DNA of 64,000 nt from an uncultured Polaribacter sp. (GCA_963422315.1 OY729423.1:568131-632130), one strand, 5' to 3'; shown: positions 8,852 through 19,501, counted from the first letter of the stretch. Translations and numbers: made by a program. The notes: generated from the letters alone by a model not told the origin.

Positions 8852-9265
8852 ATGACATCACTTACGAAATTAATGTGTGGGATTATCCTAATAACTGTAC
8901 CAACTATCCAATATGGAGGGTATTTCTTACTTCAGGTCTTATCTGGCAGACACGAAGAAATGGGACTTACCACCTTCCAAAGATCAATGTTTAGAGCAGG
9001 ACACGCACATGCGGGAGTAATTGTAATACTGTCTTTAATAGCACAGGTATTGGTTGATTATGCAGGTTTAAACAAAGGGCTTGAATGGTTTGTACGAATT
9101 GGATTTCCGCTTTCGGCGATTTTAATATCAGGTGGGTTTTTTGGTGGAGCGGCAGGAAAAGGAATAAAAGAGCCTACCCAATTAATTTGGCTATTATATA
9201 TAGGTGCCACCCTACTCTTGGCTTCATTATTGATTTTGGGAGTTGGATTAATAAAAAATAGATAA
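8852..9265 (+). CDS. Small integral membrane protein of unknown function
   Basis: 137-aa ORF with about 4 hydrophobic segments. Its GC is higher than the flanks. No family was recognised. Confidence 0.5.
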   Translation: MTSLTKLMCGIILITVPTIQYGGYFLLQVLSGRHEEMGLTTFQRSMFRAGHAHAGVIVILSLIAQVLVDYAGLNKGLEWFVRIGFPLSAILISGGFFGGAAGKGIKEPTQLIWLLYIGATLLLASLLILGVGLIKNR

Positions 9266-9388
9266 GCCTGATGTATCCTAATCTCTCACAATATCTGAGT
9301 CAATCTCATAGAGGCAAAGCCAAATGGAACAAAATAATAAATAACCCAATGAGACACGTTTGTTAGCTAGACCGTTAGTTTCAATACT

Positions 9389-10816
9389 ATGTACTTAAAA
9401 CGAACAACTTTGAAAGAAAATAGAATATACTATCTATTTACGGCTACTATTTTTATAGGTTTGATGATACCTATCTTGATACAAGACGGTATGTTTTTGG
9501 ACGGAGTAACCTATAGTGCCATTTCTAAAAATATGGCTAATGGTCTTGGAAGTATTTGGAAACCCCATTATACAAAAGCGTTACATCCAAATTTTCATGA
9601 ACATCCACCTTTAGTTTTTATAATACAGTCATTATTCTTTAGAATATTCGGAACGGAATTTTATGTAGAAAGAATTTATAGTCTAGTAACCGCAATTCTG
9701 TCTTTGATAGGAATATCAAAATGTTGGAGATTATTTTTTAATAAAAAAGAGCAAAAGCATCACGATTGGATGCCAATTCTACTTTGGTTAACGATACCTC
9801 TAGTTTTATGGTCATACCACAACAATATGCTTGAAAACACGATGTCCGTCTTCACAATATTTGCTGTCTTCTCTATTCTAAAAAGTTTAAAAGAAGAAAA
9901 AATTATTTTTTTATTTTTAGGTGGAATTTGCATAGTATCCGCTTTTTTATCCAAAGGGTTGGTAGGGTTATTTCCTGTTGCCGTTCCAGTGATATATGCA
10001 ATGGTTTATAAGGAGAAAAAAATCTCTTTGCTATACTTCGTTTATTTAATTTTTTCGGTCTCCTTTATTGCATTCTTGTTATCAATGGCTTTCCCTGGAT
10101 TAAAAGAAAATATTACCCTTTATTTTGAACAACAGCTTTTACCAGCACTAAATAACAAAAGAGAAATAACGACAGATAACAGGTTTTCAATTTTATTGGA
10201 TCTTATTTTAGAAATTTCATTACCCCTTATACTTCTAATTTTTGTGATAATAAAACAGTGGAAAAGAGAAAGGACGATTAGTGTTTTTAAGAATAAACGA
10301 GCCTTGCTATTTCTTTTAATTGCAATAGCGGCTTCTGTACCATTAATCATTACGCTTAAACAAAGAAAATTCTATTTAATTTCTTCAATCCCTTTTTATG
10401 TTTTAGCGGTAAGTTTTTGGGTTTATCCTTTTTTTACAACCGTAATTAAAAAAGTTTCAGATTCTTCTTTACTATGGATAAAAAGATTTTCCATCATTCT
10501 CTTTTTTGGGGTATTAATTTTTTCAATTATCCGATTTGGAAAATTTTCAAGGGACAAAGAAAAACTACAAGATGTTTACGAAATCTCACAAATAATTCCA
10601 AAAGGAACAGTTTTAACAACGACAAGAGAACTCTATTCAGACTGGAGCTTGATTGCTTATATGAGTAGAGTGGGCTATTTAAGTTTGGATATTAATAAAG
10701 AGCATGAATATTATCTCATTAAAAAAAACTATAAAATTGAAAGTAAGCTTCTTAAGGAATACTACGTAATGGATTTGAAATTGAACAAATATACAATTCT
10801 GAAAAGGAAATACTGA
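9389..10816 (+). CDS. ArnT/PMT-like (GT39/GT83-type) membrane glycosyltransferase
   Basis: 475-aa polytopic ORF. The N-terminal region (DGVTYSAISKNM...HPPL) resembles the dolichyl-phosphate-mannose/undecaprenyl-phosphate sugar transferase family. Confidence 0.65.
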   Translation: MYLKRTTLKENRIYYLFTATIFIGLMIPILIQDGMFLDGVTYSAISKNMANGLGSIWKPHYTKALHPNFHEHPPLVFIIQSLFFRIFGTEFYVERIYSLVTAILSLIGISKCWRLFFNKKEQKHHDWMPILLWLTIPLVLWSYHNNMLENTMSVFTIFAVFSILKSLKEEKIIFLFLGGICIVSAFLSKGLVGLFPVAVPVIYAMVYKEKKISLLYFVYLIFSVSFIAFLLSMAFPGLKENITLYFEQQLLPALNNKREITTDNRFSILLDLILEISLPLILLIFVIIKQWKRERTISVFKNKRALLFLLIAIAASVPLIITLKQRKFYLISSIPFYVLAVSFWVYPFFTTVIKKVSDSSLLWIKRFSIILFFGVLIFSIIRFGKFSRDKEKLQDVYEISQIIPKGTVLTTTRELYSDWSLIAYMSRVGYLSLDINKEHEYYLIKKNYKIESKLLKEYYVMDLKLNKYTILKRKY

Positions 10817-11449
10817 AACTAACAAGGGTTAAGAGCCTATATAATAAGAGATCGTTTTATATTTGCAAAAGCAGCTATAAACCGAAAGTAATAACTTACA
10901 AATCCCTTACTATGCTCATACACAACCGTCAGACTGCACAAAAACTTATTCAAAAAAAATCTCTAACATTGTAGCTTTGCCACTAGTTTTAAAAAAATGA
11001 AACATTCATGACTAATTTTTAGACACACAGCGGAATGATTATAAGTTTCTCAAGTTGTTGTTTTTTTAGTTAGTTGCAAAATTATAAACAGATGAAATCT
11101 GCACCTGTAGGTACTTCTCCAACGTTTACAAAGGCGATAAAAATATTTGCTTTGCTCACCGTCTTTTTTAAACCTTTCCTTCTTTTCTTGATGAATTTTT
11201 AATAAAAGTTTAGGGTTTTATGCGCAATCATTGGAATTTATGCAAAAAAAATACGTTGGATACACAAACATGTGTAAGAGACGCTCTAATTAGTGCATTT
11301 TAAATAGTCCATCAAAAATAAGAGACTTACTTTTTGAAAATCAAATAAAAACAAATCATTTTATTGAGTCAGAATATGTTTTTTGTCTAATTTTGAATTT
11401 TATCGGACAACAAAATTCGTAAATATAAATTCTATAATAATTAAAAAAA

Positions 11450-12904
11450 ATGAAACCTTTTTATATATTACTTTTAATTACCGCTTACTTTTCTGTTCTA
11501 CTTTTAATTTCGCTTATCACTGGAAAATCGGCAGATAACAAAACCTTTTTCAAAGCAAACAACTCGTCTCCTTGGTATATAGTAGCTTTTGGAATGATAG
11601 GGGCATCATTGTCTGGAGTAACTTTTATTTCTTTACCCGGCTGGGTAGAATCTCAAAACATGGCTTATTTTCAGATGGTTTTAGGGTATGTTGTAGGATA
11701 TGCTATTATCGGACTCATTTTATTGCCACTGTACTATAAATTAAAATTAACCTCTATTTACGTATATTTAAAAGGACGGTTTGGTAAATTTTCGTACAAA
11801 ACAGGAGCTTCTTTTTTCTTGTTTTCTAGAACAATCGGTGCCGCTTTTAGGCTGTTTTTAGTAGCGAACGTATTTCAAGCTGTTTTATTTGACGCCTACC
11901 AAATACCCTTTTGGGTTACAGTTTTTATAACTATTTTATTAATTTGGTTATATACATTTAAAGGAGGAATCAAAACCATCGTTTGGACAGACACGCTACA
12001 AACTTTTTTTATGCTATGTGCAGTAGTCGTTTGCATTTTTATCATTTCTGAAGAGATGCAAATAAACAACTTGTTTTCATATATATCTGATAACAAACTG
12101 TCTAAAATTTTCTTTTTTAGCGATATTAAAGCGGACAATTACTTTTGGAAACAATTTGTTTCTGGAGCTTTTATCGCCGTTGTGATGACAGGTTTAGACC
12201 AAGATATGATGCAAAAAAACTTAACCTGTAGAAACATAAAAGACGCTCAAAAAAATATGTTTTGGTTTACTATAATTCTAGTAATTGTAAACTTTTTGTT
12301 TCTAACATTAGGCGTACTTCTAACCGACTTCGCTATGCAAAACGGAATAGACGCTCATAAAGACTTGCTATTCCCAATAGTTGCAACTCAAAGCAGTTTA
12401 GGTATTGCAACAGCAATGTTCTTCTCGTTAGGCCTAATAGCCGCCGCTTATTCTAGTGCCGACTCTGCCTTAACCTCATTAACCACTTCTTTTAGTATAG
12501 ATATTTTAGAAATAGATAAAAGAAGCCAAAAAGACATACAAGAAAAAACAAGAAAAAAAATACACCTTATCTTTTCCGTAGTTTTATTTTCAATAATTTT
12601 AATCTTTAAATATTTTATTGCAGACTCAAGTGTAATTTCAAAAATATTTACTTTTGCAGGATATACCTACGGACCTTTATTAGGACTATATGCTTTCGGA
12701 ATGTTTAGCAAAATAAAAATTAAAGACAAAGCCGTTCCGTTTATATGTTTAATAGCTCCAATTTTAACTTATATAATAAGTTTTTATAGTAAAGAAAAAT
12801 TAGGTTTTGACTTCGGTTTCTTTGTTTTAATAATAAACGGACTATTGACTCTATTGGGTCTGTCTATTTTTAAAGAAGCTAAAATAAGTAAATATAAAAA
12901 TTAA
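11450..12904 (+). CDS. Sodium:solute symporter family transporter
   Basis: 484-aa ORF with about 13 TM segments and SSF-like motifs. Confidence 0.8.
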   Translation: MKPFYILLLITAYFSVLLLISLITGKSADNKTFFKANNSSPWYIVAFGMIGASLSGVTFISLPGWVESQNMAYFQMVLGYVVGYAIIGLILLPLYYKLKLTSIYVYLKGRFGKFSYKTGASFFLFSRTIGAAFRLFLVANVFQAVLFDAYQIPFWVTVFITILLIWLYTFKGGIKTIVWTDTLQTFFMLCAVVVCIFIISEEMQINNLFSYISDNKLSKIFFFSDIKADNYFWKQFVSGAFIAVVMTGLDQDMMQKNLTCRNIKDAQKNMFWFTIILVIVNFLFLTLGVLLTDFAMQNGIDAHKDLLFPIVATQSSLGIATAMFFSLGLIAAAYSSADSALTSLTTSFSIDILEIDKRSQKDIQEKTRKKIHLIFSVVLFSIILIFKYFIADSSVISKIFTFAGYTYGPLLGLYAFGMFSKIKIKDKAVPFICLIAPILTYIISFYSKEKLGFDFGFFVLIINGLLTLLGLSIFKEAKISKYKN

Positions 12905-12959
12905 AAACGTAAAATACGAAGTCGGTCAAAAGTATTTTCTATGAACACAAAATTTTAAA

Positions 12960-13604
12960 ATGCACCGAAACTTAAATAATTGCCGTAAATCTTACGAAAA
13001 GCAACGCTTGTTAGAAAGCAACTGCCCTAAAAACCCATTAGAATTATTTAATATTTGGTTCTCAAATGCAAGTAAATCAGAAAAAGTCGGTGAAAGCAAC
13101 GCTATGACAATTTCTTCAATTGGCATCGACGGTTTTCCAAAGAATAGGGTGGTTTTATTAAAAAAAATTACTGAAAACGGATTTGTCTTTTTTACAAATT
13201 ACAATTCAGAAAAAGGAAAAGCGATAGAAAATAACGATAAAGTATGCTTGTCATTTTTTTGGGAATATTTAGAGCAACAAATTATAATTAAAGGCTTCGC
13301 CGAAAAGCTACCGGAAATTGACTCGGACAAATACTTTGAGACAAGACCGAAAAAAAGTAAAATTAGCGCTTGGGCATCTAACCAAAGCGAAATTATTACA
13401 AAGAAAAAATTACAAGAAAAATTTATAAACTTCGAAAAAAAATTTGAAGGAAAAAAAATATTAAGACCAAATCACTGGGGCGGTTTTATAGTAAAGCCAA
13501 TTTATATAGAATTTTGGCAAGGCAGACCAAATAGAATGCACGATAGATTAAGATATAAGCTAATTAAAAAAAACTTGTGGAAATTAGACCGCCTATCGCC
13601 ATAA
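12960..13604 (+). CDS. pdxH: Pyridoxamine 5'-phosphate oxidase
   Basis: 214 aa with the C-terminal signature EFWQGRPNRMHDRLRY. Confidence 0.85.
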   Translation: MHRNLNNCRKSYEKQRLLESNCPKNPLELFNIWFSNASKSEKVGESNAMTISSIGIDGFPKNRVVLLKKITENGFVFFTNYNSEKGKAIENNDKVCLSFFWEYLEQQIIIKGFAEKLPEIDSDKYFETRPKKSKISAWASNQSEIITKKKLQEKFINFEKKFEGKKILRPNHWGGFIVKPIYIEFWQGRPNRMHDRLRYKLIKKNLWKLDRLSP

Positions 13605-13608
13605 ACTT

Positions 13609-13616
13609 TATATTTG
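13609..13616 (+). promoter_or_regulatory. Candidate -7 box TATATTTG
   Basis: TAnnTTTG match 26 bp upstream of the ATG at 13642. Confidence 0.4.
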
Positions 13617-13641
13617 CTTTAAAAAAAAACACATAATTTAT

Positions 13642-14130
13642 ATGAAAACTTTATACATCGTTAGGCACGCCAAATCATCTTGGGAATACGAAAACGTAAA
13701 AGACATCGATAGACCTCTAAAAAAACGAGGCATTAATGACGCCCACCTCATGTCAAAAACTTTATCTAAAAAGATTGAAAAACCAGACGTTTTTGTATCA
13801 AGTAGTGCAAACAGAGCCTTACACACAGCAGTTATTTTTTGTAGAAATTTTGAATATCCGCTATCTAATCTAATAATAAAACAACAACTATACAATTTTA
13901 GCAACGGATACTTGGTAAAAGCAGTAAGTGCTTTAGATGACAATTTTAACTCTGCAATGATTTTCGGACACGACCATGGCATTAATACTTTTGTTAATAA
14001 ACTTGGAAATAAACTTATTCCTCATGTCTGTACTTGCGGAGTTATAGGTATAAAATTTCAAGAAAAATACTGGAAAAACATTAAAAAAGGAAAAACTTTT
14101 ATGATAGAATTTCCTAAAAACTACAAATAA
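13642..14130 (+). CDS. SixA-like histidine phosphatase family protein
   Basis: 162 aa with an N-terminal LYIVRHAKS (RHG-type) motif. Confidence 0.75.
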   Translation: MKTLYIVRHAKSSWEYENVKDIDRPLKKRGINDAHLMSKTLSKKIEKPDVFVSSSANRALHTAVIFCRNFEYPLSNLIIKQQLYNFSNGYLVKAVSALDDNFNSAMIFGHDHGINTFVNKLGNKLIPHVCTCGVIGIKFQEKYWKNIKKGKTFMIEFPKNYK

Positions 14131-14136
14131 AAAAGT

Positions 14137-15024
14137 ATGCTAGAGATAAAAAAATACGCCGCAATTGATATCGGCTCAAACGCAATAAGGCTACTAATTT
14201 CTAACGCTATTAAAGACAAAAACAACAGCGTTTCCTTTAAAAAGTCTTCTTTTGTGAGGGTTCCGATTCGTTTAGGTGCAGATGCGTTTGTCAAAGAAGT
14301 TATCAGTGAGCAAAACATTGCTAAAATGATAGATACCATCGAGGCTTTTAAACTATTAATGAAAGTCCATAACGTAGTAAAATTTCGTGTCTGCGCTACT
14401 TCAGCGATGAGAGAAGCAAAAAATGGCAAAGAAACTTCCGATAGAATATTTGCAAAAACTGGCGTTAAAATAGAAATAATTAGCGGTAAAGAAGAAGCCG
14501 TTATTATCTCATCAAACGATTTAAATGAAGTAATTAAAGGAAACGATTCGTATTTATACGTTGATGTAGGTGGAGGAAGCACCGAGCTAACAGTCTTTTG
14601 TAAAGGAAAAATCGTCGGTTCAAAGTCTTTTAAAATGGGAACTGTGCGTTTGTTAAATAACGAAAAATCTATTAATAATAAGATATTTGAAAGCGTAAAA
14701 AATTGGACTAAAGCACACACAACTGGCTTAAAAAATCTTTCGTTAATAGGAACCGGCGGAAATATAAACAAGTTGTTTAAAATGTCGGGGAAACTAGAAG
14801 GAAAGCCTATATCTTATGCTTATTTGAATGCTCAATACAGGTTTTTAAGAAAAATGTCTTTTGATGAAAGAATATCCGAGCTTAGCCTAAATCCAGATAG
14901 AGCAGACGTAATAATTCCAGCAACTAAAATCTTTATAAAAACCATGAAATGGAGTAACGCAAAAAAAATATACGTTCCGAGAATAGGACTTTCAGATGGG
15001 ATGATAAAAAGCCTATCGGAATGA
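14137..15024 (+). CDS. ppx: Ppx/GppA family exopolyphosphatase
   Basis: 295 aa with an N-terminal AAIDIGSNAIRLLI (ASKHA phosphate-1) motif and VDVGGGSTE. Confidence 0.8.
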   Translation: MLEIKKYAAIDIGSNAIRLLISNAIKDKNNSVSFKKSSFVRVPIRLGADAFVKEVISEQNIAKMIDTIEAFKLLMKVHNVVKFRVCATSAMREAKNGKETSDRIFAKTGVKIEIISGKEEAVIISSNDLNEVIKGNDSYLYVDVGGGSTELTVFCKGKIVGSKSFKMGTVRLLNNEKSINNKIFESVKNWTKAHTTGLKNLSLIGTGGNINKLFKMSGKLEGKPISYAYLNAQYRFLRKMSFDERISELSLNPDRADVIIPATKIFIKTMKWSNAKKIYVPRIGLSDGMIKSLSE

Positions 15025-15071
15025 CTATAAAAAACACGAGATTTCTAATTAATTAAATTTTTAAAAAAATA

Positions 15072-15101
15072 TTTGTGGTGTCGGATAATTATATATCTTT
15101 G
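15072..15101 (+). promoter_or_regulatory. Candidate atp operon promoter (TTTG -33 at 15072-15075, TATCTTTG -7 at 15094-15101)
   Basis: Matches the Bacteroidota consensus with 18-bp spacing, 35 bp upstream of the atpB ATG. Confidence 0.5.
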
Positions 15102-15135
15102 CACGAAATTTTAGAAAGAGTTTTTTGCGATATAA

Positions 15136-16266
15136 ATGAGACAAAGATTAACCAAACTTCTATCAACAACAATTATTTTTTTAAGCTTTTCATTAAGTTT
15201 TGCTTCACCTTATATCGAAAAACATGAAAACCGAAAAGATGGAGGGCGTATAAACACAAAAGAAGAGATAGAAAACTATATCTTACACCATATTAAAGAT
15301 TCTCACGATTTTACTTTATTTTCTTACACCGATAAATTTGGTAAAAGAAAGCATTTTGGATTTCCTTTGCCAGTTATAATTTATTCGAGCAAAGGCTTGT
15401 CGATATTTATGTCTTCGGAGTTCGACCACGATGACAGCGGTAAAGTTCTTGTTAAAAAAAAGGGGTTAAAATTTGCAAAAGTGCATTCTAAAATTTATGA
15501 GTTGGACAATTCTGCTTCGTCTGTTAATTTTGATGAAAAACATCATCCGACAAATGCACATCAAGTATTAGATTTTTCAATAACTAGAAGTGTTTTCGGA
15601 ATGTTAATTATAGGTTTTTTAATGTTATTTTGGTTTTCTAGTTTAGCAAAGCAATATAAAACGAAAAAAATTCCGACAGGGTTTGGGAGAGCTTTAGAGC
15701 CTTTAGTTTTATACGTTAGAGACGAAATTGCTAGACCAAATATAGGCGAAAAGCACTACAGAAAATTTACAGGTTATATACTAACCGTATTTTTCTTTAT
15801 TTGGTCTTTAAACTTGTTAGGCTTAACTCCGTTAGGATTTAACGTAACAGGTCAATTAGCAGTAACCACTTGCTTGGCTATTTTCACATTGATAATTTAT
15901 ATAGTAAGTGGCAAGAAAGGATATTGGACTCACATGTTGTGGATGCCTGGAGTTCCAGTATTAATTCGTCCAGTTTTGGCTATTATAGAATTAGCAGGCG
16001 TCTTATTGATTAAGCCATTTTCACTACTAATTCGTTTGTTTGCAAATATTTCGGCAGGACATATAGTAGTAATGAGTTTGATTGCTATTATGTTTACTCT
16101 TCAAGAGTCATTAGGTACTGTTAGTGCAACAGGACTTTCTTTAGTTTTATCATTATTCATAATATTAATTGAGGTTTTAGTAGCCTTCTTACAAGCATAT
16201 ATATTTACAATACTTTCGTCTTTGTTTATCGGAATGGCAGTAGAAGACTATTATAAATCGCATTAA
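15136..16266 (+). CDS. atpB: F0F1 ATP synthase subunit a
   Basis: 376 aa with the long N-terminal extension typical of Bacteroidota and the conserved LFANISAGH motif. Confidence 0.9.
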   Translation: MRQRLTKLLSTTIIFLSFSLSFASPYIEKHENRKDGGRINTKEEIENYILHHIKDSHDFTLFSYTDKFGKRKHFGFPLPVIIYSSKGLSIFMSSEFDHDDSGKVLVKKKGLKFAKVHSKIYELDNSASSVNFDEKHHPTNAHQVLDFSITRSVFGMLIIGFLMLFWFSSLAKQYKTKKIPTGFGRALEPLVLYVRDEIARPNIGEKHYRKFTGYILTVFFFIWSLNLLGLTPLGFNVTGQLAVTTCLAIFTLIIYIVSGKKGYWTHMLWMPGVPVLIRPVLAIIELAGVLLIKPFSLLIRLFANISAGHIVVMSLIAIMFTLQESLGTVSATGLSLVLSLFIILIEVLVAFLQAYIFTILSSLFIGMAVEDYYKSH

Positions 16267-16297
16267 TAAAAGTTTTTTTAATTTAAAAATATAATAA

Positions 16298-16507
<210 letters not shown>

Positions 16508-16516
16508 TCAAAATTT

Positions 16517-16557
16517 TAATATAGACTCTACAATGGTCAGTTATAGAGTCTATATTA
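16517..16557 (+). terminator. Intra-operon stem-loop (14-bp perfect stem, 13-nt loop) between atpE and atpF
   Basis: TAATATAGACTCTA (16517-16530) pairs with TAGAGTCTATATTA (16544-16557). There is no clear U-tract, so it may stabilise the mRNA or act as a partial terminator. Confidence 0.35.
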
Positions 16558-16588
16558 ATATTAAACAGTAACAATCAATTTATTTAGG

Positions 16589-17089
16589 ATGGAAACTTTA
16601 TTAAATGACTTTTCACCAGGCTTATTCGTCGTTTCATTAATTTTATTTTTAGTGCTTATATCTTTAATGGTAAAATTTGCTTGGAAACCAATATTAAATT
16701 CTTTAGAAGAAAGAGAGTCTAGCATTCAAGATGCATTAACATCTGCAGAAAATGCACGCAAAGAGATGCAAAACTTACAAGCGAGCAACAAAAAACTAAT
16801 AAGCAAAGCAAGAGAAGAAAAAGATAAAATTATAAAAGAAGCAAGAGAAGTTAGAGACAGTATTATTTTAGAAGCAAAAGAAGAGGCAAAAAAAATCACT
16901 TCAATGATGATAGAAAAATCACAAGCCTCTATACAAAGAGAAAAACAAGCAGCTATAACATCATTAAAAAATAACGTAGCCGAGCTTTCTATAGGTATCG
17001 CCGAGTCTGTTATTAAAAAAGAGCTATCCTCTAAAGACGACCAGCTTAAGCTAGTTAATGATATTTTGAAAAATCTTACTCTAAATTAG
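16589..17089 (+). CDS. atpF: F0F1 ATP synthase subunit b
   Basis: 166 aa with one N-terminal TM segment and a long charged helix, in the expected operon position. Confidence 0.85.
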   Translation: METLLNDFSPGLFVVSLILFLVLISLMVKFAWKPILNSLEERESSIQDALTSAENARKEMQNLQASNKKLISKAREEKDKIIKEAREVRDSIILEAKEEAKKITSMMIEKSQASIQREKQAAITSLKNNVAELSIGIAESVIKKELSSKDDQLKLVNDILKNLTLN

Positions 17090-17095
17090 CAAAGC

Positions 17096-17653
17096 ATGAA
17101 AGACACAAGATTAGCACTGCCTTATGCTAAAGCAATATTAAGCCTTGCTAAAGATTCAAAAAAAGAGTCTGAGCTAAACGACAATATGATATTAATATCT
17201 AAAGTTATTAAAGAAAACAAAGAGTTTGAGGTAATGCTAAAAAGTCCTGTGGTAAAATCTAACGATAAAATTAAAGTCTTAAACGCTATTTTTTCTGATA
17301 AAACAAATAATATTTCGTTAGGGCTATTCCAATTGTTAGCAGAAAATAAAAGAATATCACTACTTAACGAAATAGCTAAACAGTACCTGATAATATACGA
17401 TTTTGATAAACACTTACAAGTTGCAAGTATTACAACGGCAGAGCCTATTTCTAGAGAAATAGAAGATAAAGTTTTAGATAAAATTTTAGCACTAACGGGG
17501 AAAAAGGCGAGATTGAAAAATGAAGTTATACCATCTATTTTAGGCGGATTTATCTTGCGTGTTGGAGACATGCAATATGACGCAAGTATATCAAACTACT
17601 TAAATGAGCTGAAAAAAGAGTTTAGCAATAGTCATTATATACCAAAAATTTAA
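17096..17653 (+). CDS. atpH: F0F1 ATP synthase subunit delta
   Basis: 185 aa, OSCP-like, in the expected operon position. Confidence 0.85.
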   Translation: MKDTRLALPYAKAILSLAKDSKKESELNDNMILISKVIKENKEFEVMLKSPVVKSNDKIKVLNAIFSDKTNNISLGLFQLLAENKRISLLNEIAKQYLIIYDFDKHLQVASITTAEPISREIEDKVLDKILALTGKKARLKNEVIPSILGGFILRVGDMQYDASISNYLNELKKEFSNSHYIPKI

Positions 17654-17674
17654 TTATACATCAAACTATAAAAG

Positions 17675-19252
17675 ATGGCGAGTATTAAACCAGCTGAAGT
17701 TTCAGCAATATTAAAAGAACAATTAACAAATTTTGAAGCAAAAGCTACGCTTAACGAGGTAGGAACTGTGCTACAAGTAGGAGACGGAATAGCACGAGTA
17801 TATGGTCTTTCAAGTGTCCAATACGGAGAGTTAGTAGAATTTGAAACTGGATTAGAAGGCATTGTCCTAAATTTAGAAGAAGACAACGTAGGAGTAGTAT
17901 TATTAGGAGCTTCAAATTCAATTGTAGAAGGTGCTACCGTAAAACGCACAAAACGTATAGCATCTTTAAAAACTGGTGACGGCATTATCGGGCGCGTATT
18001 AGATACTTTGGGAAATCCTATAGATGGAAAAGGACCTATAGAAGGAAAAACTTATGAGATGCCTTTAGAACGCAGAGCGCCAGGCGTAATTTATCGCGAA
18101 CCAGTAACAGAACCCCTACAAACAGGCATAAAATCTATTGACGCAATGATTCCAATCGGAAGGGGACAACGAGAATTAATAATCGGAGACCGCCAAACAG
18201 GAAAATCAACAGTTGCGATAGATACTATTTTAAATCAAAAAGAATTTTACGACGCTGGAAATCCAGTATTGTGCATATATGTTGCAATAGGACAAAAGGC
18301 ATCAACAATAGCTGCAATTGCAAATATGCTTGAAGAAAAAGGAGCTTTAGCATATACAACTATAGTTGCTGCAAATGCTTCTGACCCAGCTGCAATGCAA
18401 GTTTATGCACCTTTTGCTGGTGCTGCAATTGGAGAGTATTTTAGAGATACTGGCAAATCGGCACTTATTATTTACGACGATCTGTCTAAACAAGCAGTTG
18501 CATACCGTGAAATTTCTTTATTGTTGAGAAGACCGCCTGGGCGAGAAGCATATCCAGGCGATGTTTTTTATCTACATTCGAGGCTGTTAGAGCGTGCTGC
18601 AAAAATAATTAATGACGACACAATCGCGAGTAAAATGAATGACCTACCGAGTTCTTTAAATAAAATGGTAAAAGGCGGAGGTTCCTTAACTGCTTTGCCA
18701 ATTATCGAGACGCAGGCAGGTGACGTATCGGCGTATATTCCGACTAACGTGATTTCTATTACGGATGGTCAAATTTTTTTAGATGTAGATTTGTTTAACT
18801 CGGGGGTTCGTCCGGCGATAAACGTGGGTATTTCGGTGTCTCGTGTGGGCGGAAATGCTCAAATAAAATCTATGAAAAAAGTGTCTGGTACGTTAAAATT
18901 AGAGCAAGCTCAATATAGAGAACTTGAAGCATTTGCTAAATTCGGTTCGGATTTAGACGCCGCCACAATGAGCGTTATATCCAAAGGGCAACGAAATGTT
19001 GAAATATTAAAACAATCGCAAAACGACCCTTATACTACTGAAAACCAAGTAGCTATTATATATGCAGGCTCGAATAATCTGTTAAAAGAAGTGCCTTTAA
19101 ATAAAGTAAAAGAGTTCGAAAGAGATTATTTAGACACCTTAAACGCAAAGCATAAAGACATTCTACGAGTATTGAAATCTGGTAAACTAACAGAGGAAGC
19201 AACTAAAGTTTTAGAAGAAGTAGCTAAAGATATTTCGCAAAATTATATATAG
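17675..19252 (+). CDS. atpA: F0F1 ATP synthase subunit alpha
   Basis: 525 aa with the Walker A GDRQTGKS and strongly conserved alpha-subunit sequence. Confidence 0.95.
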   Translation: MASIKPAEVSAILKEQLTNFEAKATLNEVGTVLQVGDGIARVYGLSSVQYGELVEFETGLEGIVLNLEEDNVGVVLLGASNSIVEGATVKRTKRIASLKTGDGIIGRVLDTLGNPIDGKGPIEGKTYEMPLERRAPGVIYREPVTEPLQTGIKSIDAMIPIGRGQRELIIGDRQTGKSTVAIDTILNQKEFYDAGNPVLCIYVAIGQKASTIAAIANMLEEKGALAYTTIVAANASDPAAMQVYAPFAGAAIGEYFRDTGKSALIIYDDLSKQAVAYREISLLLRRPPGREAYPGDVFYLHSRLLERAAKIINDDTIASKMNDLPSSLNKMVKGGGSLTALPIIETQAGDVSAYIPTNVISITDGQIFLDVDLFNSGVRPAINVGISVSRVGGNAQIKSMKKVSGTLKLEQAQYRELEAFAKFGSDLDAATMSVISKGQRNVEILKQSQNDPYTTENQVAIIYAGSNNLLKEVPLNKVKEFERDYLDTLNAKHKDILRVLKSGKLTEEATKVLEEVAKDISQNYI

Positions 19253-19310
19253 TCCATTGTGCGTCTATGACAAATTTACTTTAATTTTATTCGTTTTTCT
19301 CTAATCTAAA

Positions 19311-19476
19311 TCCGTTGACACTCGTTACAGACGAGCGCTGTAGTTGTTTATTAAAAACCTAATATCATCAATTTCTAAAACAGTATTCTTAAAAATTTTT
19401 ATCTTTTGAGTGTAGCTTTTTTTTAAAGTTCTTGTCTTTTATGGCACTTGTTACAAAGGAGTGCTAACGTGAGGTT
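19311..19476. repeat. Copy A of a ~170-bp dispersed repeat with imperfect terminal inverted repeats
   Basis: Aligns block by block with 27594-27763 (GTAGTTGTTTATT, TAGCTTTTTTTAAAG, CTTRTCTTTTRTGGCAYTYGTTACAAA, GAGGTTGT). The two ends are reverse-complement-like. Confidence 0.65.
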
Positions 19477-19486
19477 GTAAAAATCT

Positions 19487-19494
19487 TATCTTTG
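19487..19494 (+). promoter_or_regulatory. Candidate -7 box TATCTTTG
   Basis: TAnnTTTG match 8 bp upstream of the ATG at 19502. Confidence 0.35.
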
Positions 19495-19501
19495 CATAGC
19501 A

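Noticed and set aside
8767-8994. 75-aa plus-strand ORF overlapping the start of the 137-aa membrane protein gene
   Set aside because: It is in a different frame from the longer hydrophobic ORF, has no convincing start context and has an odd composition.
14121-14771. 216-aa minus-strand ORF
   Set aside because: It is fully antisense to the well-supported ppx gene, has a low-complexity composition and shows no family resemblance.
17122-17985. Minus-strand ORFs of 149 aa and 111 aa
   Set aside because: They are antisense to atpH and atpA, which are unambiguous.
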